A DNA stretch of 64,000 bases, taken from the NCBI RefSeq assembly GCF_000143415.4, contig NW_003314299.1, positions 482,229-546,228 of the forward strand, written 5' to 3'. Within the stretch, counting starts at the first letter, position 1. Every line of letters starts with the position of its first letter. Shown here one piece after another: positions 1 through 10,661 of this stretch. The position numbers were made by a program, and so were the translations under genes. The notes under the pieces were generated by a model. It was not told where the DNA came from and ran no database searches. It saw nothing but the letters and a program-made list of their open reading frames with translations. Source of the DNA: Selaginella moellendorffii. Lineage: Eukaryota > Plantae > Lycopodiophyta.

Positions 1-1735
1 AGCTACATACCAGACTATTTGCCACTTATAGCAAACCTAGGGAAGGTTTACTTTCACCTATGGTACAAGGAACAACTCATGGAACCACCAATAAGCTAAC
101 ATTAATCCTACTAACTCAAAGTGTAACCTTGAGTTGCTAATGTACTTCACTCACGAGCCCAAGTGCAAACTCGTGCGAACGGAACAACTCAATCCCTCTT
201 ATGAGCCCATAAGCAAGCTCACATCATATGGTACAAAAAGGTAACCAAACTCTATACCCAAGGAATGAATGTGAAGTCTTAGCACCCAAACGTGTACCCA
301 CTCGGATCATCGTTTTCATCTCTACGTATATAACGAGACTAATTGTTCAATCTCATTGGATAGCACTCATTAAGACTTGCAAACTCATGTGAATGGAACA
401 ACTCAATCCCTCTTATGAGCCCATGAGCAAGCTCACATCATATGGTACAAAAAGGTAACCAAATTCCATACCCAAGGAACGAATGCCAAACGTGTACCCA
501 CTTGGATCATCATTTTCATTTCTACATATACAATGAGACTAGTTGCCCAATCTCGTTCGATAGTACTCGCTGAGACTCATTCTTTGATACCAAATGTAGC
601 ACACGTGGTTTTTACCTTTTATCTTATGCTGATTTACTATAAGATAACACCACAAATCAGAACCTAAACCCTCCATATGCCACGTGTCATATGCCATGTG
701 TCACATGCCACATGTCCATAAGACAGTGGTGTGGAACCCAAGGTTCAAGGCCTTGGGCCATTGAACAAAGGAACGGTGCCAAACTCCTAAGCATGGAGTT
801 AAGGAGTGATGGAACTGGACCATGGAGCAACTCCTGAGCATACAGCCCAAGAAGCGAAAGGACAGGAGCCTGAAGCAACTTGGAACAGTCCTAGAGTATA
901 TAACATCCCAATGCCAGACTCCATTTGGCTCCGTTTTGTATGCTAGTCTTGGCACTATTTTGGCATACCGGTGGCCTAACACAAGGACATAGCTAGCATG
1001 GAATGAAACTTGGGCTTAGACCCAGGCCGGACGCAGAACAAAGACACGCACGTAAGCAGGAGCTAAACTATGCCTCAGGTTGGTTGGCCATGCCCAATGT
1101 ACCCACTATCTCTATTATACATTTGGAACCCCCCCCCCCCCCCCCCCTTGCCCCCTTGGAGGAACATATGCTTTGGGCTTTCACCCCAAGCCTCCTTTAG
1201 TATCAGGAGTTAATCTCTAGGACAAACTCAAAACTTACTAAATATGAAATATCCTTAGATTGCGAATTTGGACACGGGACAAACACTATTGTGTTTAACA
1301 CAATCTCTACATTCTGTAAATATGCCAAATGAGCAAATCTAGACACTTTCATAAATAACATTTGGGACCGAAATGAGATTAACACAAAAAACATGATAGT
1401 GAGGGTGTTTGAGAGACACGGTAAGCTATCATCCAGCGATATAGAGGAACTAATTTCAATACGCAAGGGTTCTTGTCAAGCGAGTGCAAGATAGAGCAAA
1501 AGAGAATTAACAAGCCAAGCCAAGTATGTTTGGCTAAATAGACATTTAGGAATTCCTTTCTTACATTCATCTGGCCAAGTATAGATGCAAAGTCCAGTTT
1601 ACTAACACTTGAACAAAAGGGACTAATAAAGGGGTCTAGTAATACTAATTTCCTGCCATCGTGGCAGTAAGGAAAGAGTGTCCATAAAGACTGGCCAACA
1701 GATAACTTTCGATACCCGAAGTCACATTCGCGACA
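1..1735 (-). mobile_element. 5' end of LTR retrotransposon family A: leader 1-594, tRNA-iMet PBS ~581-592, LTR 595-1735
   Basis: The LTR is bounded by TGTAGC...CGCGACA. TCTTTGATACCA just left of it reads TGGTATCAAAGA on the minus strand (PBS). The leader has a ~215-bp tandem duplication (~164-580). Near-identical to 59325-61032. Confidence 0.85.
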
Positions 1736-1930
1736 AATGGGATCCCTTAGATTTCCATACCACTCCATAAATGGAACCAAGTGGGCTTTCCTGTAGCTAG
1801 CCATCAGGAAGAACGAGGTCAAAATAGTTCCCGACTCTTCTAGTGCTCGCGTCCTTGTACTTGTAAGTGACGCCAACATAAGTGCCATGCTAGGAAGCGA
1901 TCTATCCGGCTTTGAATTGGAGAGAATCCC
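1736..1930 (-). pseudogene. Lnt-like gene remnant (YRKAHLVPFMEWYG region)
   Basis: Homologous to 20006-20202, with many transitions. The 5' part of the gene is deleted and the remnant abuts the LTR end. Confidence 0.85.
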
Positions 1931-3163
1931 AATGTAGGCGCCATGCTTGTTTGAATGTAGGTGGTAATTTATATTCTTATTATATTCATCAAAAATTAAA
2001 TTATTTATAAGGTGAACGGATTATACTATAAATATTTAGGTATATTTAAAATATACCTTAATCTAGCAGTTTTATGTTTGTAATCAGTGTTTAATACTAT
2101 ATCTTAAATATAGACCAAACCTCTAAAGTTAACTAAAATCTCTCAAAAGGAAAAAAAAATGTATTATTTGATTTTCTTGTAATACAAGACTCCTATCCCT
2201 TTGCCCATATTTACATTTTCTTCTTTCCCACTTTTTTTTTTTATTATAAATTATTAAAACCATGAAATAGTTATATTTGTTTAAGCTGCCACTTAGAGGC
2301 TATTAATGTTTGATATTGCCATGAGATAACTCACCATTATTTAAGGGATTCTTTTGATTTTTAAATTGCAAATATTTGAATTTTTGCTTTGTTCCCACCA
2401 AGTTGCAAAAGCTATTGGAAGCAATCCAAAAAAATATTATATTCAAACAAGGCTATTGTTCCTAGAATAATCTAATCACACTAGTTGCAAAATTTTTTTA
2501 ACTTATTTGTAAATTGTAAGTAATCAAAAAGAATAACTTACATAAAAGTTCAAATATAAAAGGTAAGAACTCTACTTTTCAATTAGTTAAAAATTTTGGG
2601 ATATTTAGGGTTAAATATTCTTAGATTTAAATAGTAATAGGTTATATGACTTCTCGGAAATCTAAACTCTATTGATTAGCTAAGGGAATCATACTATATA
2701 TTTGATTAACCTTTAGGAAAAGAATGGGGCTCTCAAAATAGTGTTACTTAAGAGATGATCAAATATAAAAAGGAAAGGGCTTATGAATAAAAATGTGCAT
2801 TTTTTTCCAATTGGTTAAATATTTTAGTATATTACAAGGAAATATAAAAAGAAAGAGTGTATGAATAAAACTGATTAAGGGTATTGGGATATTGAGTCTT
2901 GGGATAGCCACCTTTACCACTAACTTTGAGATTTTAAGATATGCTACTGTCTAATAATTAGATTAGTTTTGTATTCAAACACTTTTTTAGTATATTCTAG
3001 TTTATTCTACTATTTAATTTGGATTGGTCAAATAGGTTAAAATAATACTAAACAAAAATTTAACAAAACAGTCTCATAATGAGTTTCTATTATTATCATT
3101 AAATATTATTTAATCTAGGTATGTTCTTACAACAATCTTGAGTCCAATATTTTGGGTTGGACT

Positions 3164-4930
3164 ATGAACAGAAACTCTAACATTCATTTTTATTCAATCC
3201 TGCAAAAGCCTTTATGAAGCAAGAGAGATTTACTTGGATCTTAAAAGGAATCATCCACTTGCTGATGATTCCTTCCTCAGCAACAAACTCATCCAGATGT
3301 TTGGCAAATATGGAAGCCCACAAGAGGCACGCCAAATCTTCTCCTTTTCGTGGGCTTTCATGTTTCAAGCTTACGCTCAAAACTCCCATCTTAAACATGC
3401 AAAAGAGATCTTCGACAAACTGCCGCAAAAGGATGTCTTTGCATGGACATCCATGCTCTTGGCATATGCCCGAACTGGGCATGTTCTCAATGCCCAAAAA
3501 ACATTTGATGAGATGCCGCAACACAGCCTTCTCTCATGGAATGCAATCCTGTCAGTCCACGCACACAGCTGGGATCTAAAATATGCCGAAAGGATTATCT
3601 CCGGGGTGCCCGAGTATGATCTCGTGTCTTGGAATTCCATTCTAACGGCATACGCCCGGAAAGGGCATGAACGGGAAAAATGTGTTTTCGATTCAATGGA
3701 GGCTCGTGACCTTGTGTCATGGACGACAATCTTGGTTGCCTTGTCGCAGGGCGGAGATTTGCACGGAGCAAAGCTTTTGTTTGATGCAATGCCGCAGCAC
3801 GATCTCGTCGCCTGGACCGCGATGCTTGGCGCGTACGCACTGAACGAGGATGTCGATTCGACACAGAGGATTTTCCGCGAGATGCCTGAGATAGATCTCG
3901 TTTCGTGCAACACCGTGATGCGATGCTGCGTGATGCTAGACAATCAAAGCTTATATTTGACTCCATGCCGCAGAGAGCTCTCTCGTCATGGACAACAATG
4001 CTCGCTGTTCTTGCCAAGAACAGCCCCGGGGAGGAAACCAAGAGCTTTTTCTATCAAATGCCGGAGCTTGATCTTACTTCCTGTACGATAATGCTGCTCT
4101 GACAACCCTCAGACTTGGATCTTGTGAAGGCCACCTTTGATCAAATGCCGCAGCGAGACCTGTGCTCTTGGAACTCTGTTCTGTCGGTGTATGCCCAATC
4201 AGGGCATTGTGACTTTGCTTTAAGTCTCTTTAACGAGATGCCCGAAATGGATATGGTTTCGTGGAACAATATGTTAAATGCGTTTGTTCTAACTAGAAAA
4301 CTACGTGAAGCTGCTTTACTCTTTCATAGCATGCTAGAACGCAACGTTGTGACCTGGGATGCTTTAATATCTGCATTTTCCCGAGAAGGCCATATTGTAT
4401 ACGCAAGGAAACTTTTTGATACAGCCCCTGACAGAGACCAAATCTTGTGGAGCTCCATGATAGCTTCCTATGCACAAGTAAGCACCACTGCCAGCAAGGC
4501 CTTTCATCTCTTCAACGAAATGCAGGCCGTCGATTCCCCAAACACATCGTGCTTCGCATCCATCCTGGCCGCAAACAGCCACAAAGGCAGCTTTCAAGCG
4601 GGAAAGAGCTTCTTCGCTTCCATGGTTGTGGATCACGCCATTGAGCCCACAAGGCAGCACTACAGTTGCATGGTAGATCTCTTGAGCCGAGCCGGCCACC
4701 TTCACGACACCAAAGATCTAATCTTAAGCATGCCGTTCGTTCCCAGTGCTCTCGAGTGGACGTGCCTTCTCGGAGCATGCAAGAGCCACGAGGATTATAA
4801 CAATCTTAGACTGGGAGACGATGTAGTGAGATCTGTAATGGACGTAACCGACGCAACTCCCAAGACACCCTATGCTTTACTAGCAAACGTCTACACAAGC
4901 TCCCAAACAAAAAATCCACACTATATGTGA
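3164..4930 (+). pseudogene. PLS-class pentatricopeptide repeat protein (PPR-A copy 1), disrupted
   Basis: Repeated 'FDxMPxxDxxSWN' motifs and an 'HYSCMVDLLSRAG...MPFVP...W..LLGAC' E-type end. Frameshifts near 3190 and 3930 and a TGA at 4100 relative to copy 2. Confidence 0.9.
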
Positions 4931-4970
4931 AATCTAAGGACTTACTCTCTCCTGTACACATGAAGTCATT

Positions 4971-5171
4971 TTAATCACCTCCGCCACAGCCCCCACCGCC
5001 ACAGCCTCCGCCACCACCACAGCCTCCTCCACCGTGGCCTCCACCATGACCACCACCAGAGCCTCCACTGTGGCCTCCACCATGGTGGCCACCACTAAAC
5101 ATTGCTCCCGCGAAATCGGAGCGTCTTCTTGGCTTTCGCCTTTTTGGAGATGCAAAGAAACTGAAACACAT
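4971..5171 (-). CDS. Small Gly/His/Cys-rich peptide (MCFSFFASPKRRKPRRR...GGGCGGGD), 66 aa
   Basis: Intact ORF with a paralog at 36794-37003. It shares the CAATCCAARATGTGTTTC start context and architecture with the + strand peptide. Confidence 0.7.
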   Translation of the reverse strand: MCFSFFASPKRRKPRRRSDFAGAMFSGGHHGGGHSGGSGGGHGGGHGGGGCGGGGGCGGGGCGGGD

Positions 5172-5538
5172 TTTGGATTGATTGCTTGCATGCAAGGGGG
5201 CATAATCTTCTGCTTATACACAGGCTAGAAGGCAATTTGAGACTTTGACTCAGTGGAAGCCACGAAGAAAGCAATGATAGCGCGTGGACCTGGAGAAGTT
5301 TATGCAATCAGTGCCACGTCGTGACACTTCATCAGAGTGTTCAAGAAACGCAAGATGTGCATTTGTCTATCCAACCTTTAAGGAATACGTGCATAAAATC
5401 TCGTTAAATTGCGCGTGAAGGAAGTTGTTTTGCTTGCTTCATATGGTCAGGCCTTGTGGCCAATCAGATGTTCTCCTGCCTAGTATATAAGCGCAAGCCT
5501 CCTCGCATCGATTATACCTTTATCTTGCGCAATCCAAG
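5172..5538. promoter_or_regulatory. Putative bidirectional promoter between the divergent peptide genes
   Basis: TATATAA at 5484-5490 (~50 bp upstream of the ATG), CCAAT at 5460, ABRE core GCCACGT at 5313-5319, and CGCGTG motifs at ~5281 and ~5412. The ABRE is retained in copies 2, 4 and 5. Confidence 0.5.
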
Positions 5539-5745
5539 ATGTGTTTCGGTTTCTCTCAATCCTCTAACAGGCAAAAGCAGAGGCGAAGGCGCCCGTCTGC
5601 AGCAACAGGCGCCTTCATGGGGGCTGCCGGCAGTGGTGGCGGAGCTTGTGCTGGCACTGGCGGCGGAGGAGGCTGTGGTGGCTGCGGAGGAGGCGGTGGT
5701 GGAGGCTGCGGAGGAGGCGGTGGTGGAGGCGGTGGAGGCTGCTAA
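5539..5745 (+). CDS. Small Gly/Cys-rich peptide (MCFGFSQSSNRQKQRRRR...GGGC), 68 aa
   Basis: Intact ORF downstream of a TATA box, conserved in frame in 4 copies. Confidence 0.72.
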   Translation: MCFGFSQSSNRQKQRRRRPSAATGAFMGAAGSGGGACAGTGGGGGCGGCGGGGGGGCGGGGGGGGGGC

Positions 5746-6088
5746 ATACTCTGTATGAGAAATAGCCATGCATATGAATGTTTGTAAATATGTGGTTTTC
5801 CAAAACTTCCTCAAATAATTCGTACAATTTGTTTGTATTGAACTTGTTTGTTTTTTTTACAGCCAAGGATTGAGCTGGCCACGATCTTAGCACTGTTTTG
5901 GAACTAGTAAGTAGAATCTCGTAGAATCTATTCAGCAATTCTATGTACTTCAGGTACTATAGTGATTCAAGTAAAATCCAAAAAAAAGGGAAACATCCAC
6001 TTACAATACAACGTTTTGAGCTCTCTTCTCTTGTCTGCTCTCGAGTAAAAGCTTTGATTCTTCTAGCTCTCTCTCGCCTCCTGTTTTC

Positions 6089-7575
6089 TTACAATTCGCG
6101 TCGGGTTCTCCTTTGGCGGGCGCCCTCGCCTTCCTTCTCAATCTCGTTGCCACCCGCGTCGTCCTCCGCCTTGTCCTTGGAATCGTCCGGGCTGGAGATG
6201 TCTTCCTTCTTGGACTTCTCTACAGTCACCTGCGCAAGACAAACGACCATGACAGTCCAAAACTCGCGCAGGGTATTGCTAATTGTACCTTCGTCTTCTT
6301 GGGTGGCGATTTCTTGCCACCAAATAGAATCTTAAACAGCGTGACCACCACGACGAGCGGGATCACAGCTATGGCGCTCAAAGAAATGGTTGGGAACTTC
6401 TCGGCCTTCTCCAGAAGATCCTGTCACAACGAAAAGAAAAAGTTAGAAGACGAGACAAAGTTCATGCTCGTGTGTTTTACTTACAAGAATCTTTTCCTTC
6501 TGTGACGCCAAAGCCGGGATGTCGGCAACCTTGCGCAGGTACTCAAACATCTTTGCCTGAAAAGATTCAAGGTCGTCACACACACACACACACACACAAA
6601 AAAAAAAGACAGACAAAAGAAGATAAAGGAAAAGTACCTGGATGCCGTCAGGACTCGGAGTCGCTTCTTCAATTTTTTGCTTCTCCTTCTCAGCCTCGTA
6701 CTTGGGCTTCCATTTCGTCTCCCTGTACTCTGCTGCCACAGCCTCGTCGGTCGCCACCAGGATGTTGTCAAAAAGAATGCCGTCCTGCATCGTCCAGATC
6801 TCGATCCCTATCGCCGAGATCGGCTCTAGATCCTGCGTGTCCAACTCGAAGTACTCCGGGTTCGGTATTTGCTTTGGAGCCCAGATCCCCTTGTAAGCCG
6901 GGTTGTCGATCATCGGGTTGTAGTCCGGGTTCCTCTTCATGGGCCTCTTCCATTCTCCACACCCAGACGCTTCCTCACACTTTGGGTTGCTGATCTTCGG
7001 GGGCTCCCACTCGCCATCCTCCTCGTCGTCCCAGTCCGCGGGTTTGCTAGCTTCCGGATCGTCAACCTCGTCCGGCTCGTTGTCCAGCCAGTCATCGGGC
7101 TTGACCGCCTCCGCGTCCTCGATCTCCAGTGGAGCGTCCTCGTCCCAATCCTCGGGCTTGGTCGCTTCCGGATCGGGGATCTTCGCCGGCTCGTCCCAGT
7201 CCTCGGGCTTCTTGTCGTCGGGATTGGGGATGGTCTTGGGCGGGATCACGGCCGGCTGGAAGTCGCTCGAGAGGAGGTCGACGCTCTTCTCCTCCTTGCC
7301 GTCGACGAGGATCTTGAGCGTGTTGTTCAGGTAGATCACTGCTGTGTAGACGTGAGAGAGCTTGTCAGCCACTGGCGATGGCGGGTACTTGAGGTGATGC
7401 TCGATGTGCTTGTCGGATTTAGGGCCTTTGTGCTTGTAGATGACGTGCACCTTGTTGGTGGTGCCACATCTGTCCAGCCCAAACATGATTGAGTAGGGGG
7501 ATTCGTTGCCGAAATTGACGGGTGTCCATTGCAGGAGAAAGAACTTGAGATACACTCTAATCCCTTCTGGAATTA
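6089..7575 (-). pseudogene. CNX: Calnexin homolog copy 1, 5'-truncated (part of lectin domain, P-domain, TM, RRTRRE tail)
   Basis: YSIMFGxDxCG, IPDPEAxKPEDWDE repeats, [16 protein letters not shown], three short GT-AG introns, and a C-terminal RRTRREL*. No signal peptide or N-terminal exon is visible upstream. Confidence 0.88.
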
Positions 7576-8143
7576 TAGAGATTGGGTTTAAACTTTAGTT
7601 AAACACAGAATCACATAAGTATAGAGTTAAATTATGCTTTAAGTTAGTCAACCGTGTTTAACTTACCCATTATTCTTATTATACATTTGGAATTCATCAA
7701 AAATTCAAAAGTTTAAGGGTGGTTAAGTGGTGAAGAACCTTAAGAGAAGATTAAATTTTGTATTTTCACACTAAATTATAACATTGGTATTGGAGCCTAA
7801 TTTAATTCTCATGGCTAACAAATATAAAACGAGAACCAAAGTTGGTAAACCTTAAGAGAAGTACCATTGGTGACTAAAGGATAGCCTAAATATGATTGTA
7901 GATGATCATTCCTAAAGGATTGTTAAGCACCAAATTAATGTAATAGAATAGAAAAAAGGTTTATAAACAAAACCTCCATTTGTAAAAAAAATGCATGCTT
8001 TAGGATTTTACTTTAGTCCCAAAAATTAGTCTTTAAAACAATCACAAAAACTTATTAGATTGTAAATTTAGATGCAAGAATAATAAAGTGTATATTTGAC
8101 AAAATGCCATGTTAAAGTTTAGTATTGTGGAGTTCACTATTGT

Positions 8144-8839
8144 ATGGATACACAGGATCAAGAGATATGGACTTTGACACGACGATTTTTTGATAAAATG
8201 CCATACCAACATCTAGTTTCTTGGAACACCATGCTTGATGCTTATGCCCAAAACGGGTATATGGTAGAAGCAAGGGTCATGTTCAATGCAATGGTGGAGA
8301 AGGACGTAATTTCTTGGACTAGAATGCTTGCTGCCTATGGTCTTAGTGGCCAGAGTTCACTTGCAAGAAAAACTTTTGCCCAGATGCCAGGGAAGAATGA
8401 AGTTTCTTGGGATGCAATGCTCACTGCATGTACCCAAGCAGGGGATTCGGTTTCTGTGTTTGAGTTGTTTCACACTATGCAGATGGCCGGCATTTACAAC
8501 CAAGTTGGATTTGTCTCCGCTCTCAATGCTCACGGCCAAGTTGGCAGTGTTAAATGTGCTAGAAGTTGCTTTGTTTCGATGGCTTTTGATTGTGGCATTC
8601 AGCCATGTCACCAGCATTACTCCTGCATAATCGATGGCTTGGCAAGAGCTGGTTACATTGACAATGCAAGAGAACTCATCGCAAACATGCCATTTGTTCC
8701 CACTTCTTTGGATTGGCTGTGCCTTTTAGCTGCATGTCAGAGCCTCGAGTGTGGAACCTGCGTATCAAAATGGGTGTCTGGAATTGCGAGCAGCAGAGCT
8801 ATGTATCGTCTCCTGGCAAATGTATGCGCCTGGCATTGA
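8144..8839 (+). CDS. Short PLS-class PPR protein with truncated E domain (PPR-B copy 1), probably N-terminally truncated
   Basis: VSWNTMLDAYAQNG, HYSCIIDGLARAG and MPFVP..W..LL.AC motifs in an open 231-aa frame. Confidence 0.7.
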   Translation: MDTQDQEIWTLTRRFFDKMPYQHLVSWNTMLDAYAQNGYMVEARVMFNAMVEKDVISWTRMLAAYGLSGQSSLARKTFAQMPGKNEVSWDAMLTACTQAGDSVSVFELFHTMQMAGIYNQVGFVSALNAHGQVGSVKCARSCFVSMAFDCGIQPCHQHYSCIIDGLARAGYIDNARELIANMPFVPTSLDWLCLLAACQSLECGTCVSKWVSGIASSRAMYRLLANVCAWH

Positions 8840-10661
8840 CAGAATATAAGGAAAAATAAACTGCTGCCTGGATTATGTTGTCAAATTGCTCAAGAATTTA
8901 ACTAGAAGTACCAATTGCGTTTCATGCTTGATAAATTCAAATATTGACAAAATGGGAAAAAAACAAATCATTTGTCTATATAACACCCAACATTCCCAGG
9001 ATCTGAGCGTGGACCTCCTGGACCAAATCACCAGGGGCTCTGAGAGATCGCGAGCAACTTCAATCAGACAGATACCTTGCAACACCTAGCGATTGAGGTG
9101 TGTGGAAAGTGCAGCAGGCAAAAATTGTGTTTGATGATCCGCTGAGGTGTTTGATTCTATGCGAATGTTCTCAAAACTCTTCATCGAAAACTATCAAACG
9201 ACCAATGTTTAATGCCTGACGACGACCATGATAGGTACTAACAAAGCAAATATTCCTTTGGGTCACGATGCTCACACGAAGCTCTTCGGAGCGATGGAGA
9301 TGGAACGCGATGCCCTCGTCATGGCAGCGTGGGGCTGCCTTCTTTGCAATCGATACTCCAGCCGACTCGATCCAACGCCTTGGACTTTTCCAAATCGTGC
9401 GGTGCTTCGGTATCCAGCCTAGTCTCGTTGCACCAAACGACGATTAAGTCAATGCAAGTGCTACGTCCATATCACCCATGTTTTGTATACACTTCCTTAC
9501 AGATTGGGCTTCACAAGAATCTTAGACAAGCACGTTTGATTCCTCTGACAACGGCACGCAATGTAGCTCCGACCTCTCAAACTCCTTGAAGGATCGGTCA
9601 CCAGTGATGTAGAACACAAAGGCGGGAGGGGACGTGTCAAGGATATACATCACTGCTCCAAGAGGGAGGCAGAGCATGGAGACGTGTACCGCAGCGAGTG
9701 CTGCCACTAGCCAAGCGAAACGAAAGCCGTAGCCTGTAAAGCGTCCAGGCCTTCCTGAGTACTGGGAGCGCCATGGCGAAGACCGAGTCGGTGATACCTT
9801 CCCTGCCAAAGAAACAGAAGAACATTAGAGAGCTTTGATTGATCAAAACTGTCACACCTGTAATCGAATGTCTGGAGAGATGGATCTACAACCGCTGAAA
9901 CGCCTCCCGTGGAGCATCGAAACCAACTGAAGCCATTCTCCACGACACGGAAAGCATCGGCCTCTTTCGCCCGGGGACTGCTTGCTCCCCAAGTCGCGGT
10001 TGATATCAATCCTAAAAGCATTCACCAGAAACTTAGAGAACACCATCATAACTGCGCTCTACCTCTTTTTCCCGGCCTGGCGCATCAGGTCTGGGAACTC
10101 GAAATCGTAACAAATAGCTCCTCCAATCCGGCCGAGATCGGTCTTGATGACAGGAAGAATGGGATCCCCTGGAGTTCCATACCAATGGAACCAAGTGGGC
10201 TTTCCTGTAGCTAAATCCAATGGAGCCATCGGGAAGAACGAGGTCGAAATAGTTCCCGACTCTTCCAGTGCTCACGTCCTTGTACTCGTAAGTGATGCCA
10301 ACGTAGGTGCTGTGCTGGGAAGCGATCTGTCTGGCTTTGAATTGGAGAGAATCCCTCTCCTGTTTGAGGTCGAGTTTCACCGCAGCCTCGGACCAGAGGA
10401 CCAATCGATCGCCGGCTTGGAAGTGCTGGCTCGTCCTGTTGAGCATCACATCCATGTCCTCGTAGAAGAGGAACTTGCCCAGGACGCAAGAGACCAGCAC
10501 TGTTTTCTTCATCGTGAGGGCGATGTCCTTCTGGAAGAAATCACCTGAGAAAATGGAGACCCTGGCGCTGCTGTAGAACAAGATTGAGAAAGCAATGGCC
10601 CCAAACGCCAGGGAGTGGCCCACGATGCAGCTGTGTAGCACGCTTCTCATCGGATTTTTCC

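Noticed and set aside
1379-1888. 169-aa ORF
   Set aside because: It is a chance read-through from the Lnt remnant into the LTR.
4115-4930. DYW editing deaminase domain on the PPR proteins
   Set aside because: The ORFs end at Y.LLANV with no HxE/CxxC or DYW motif.
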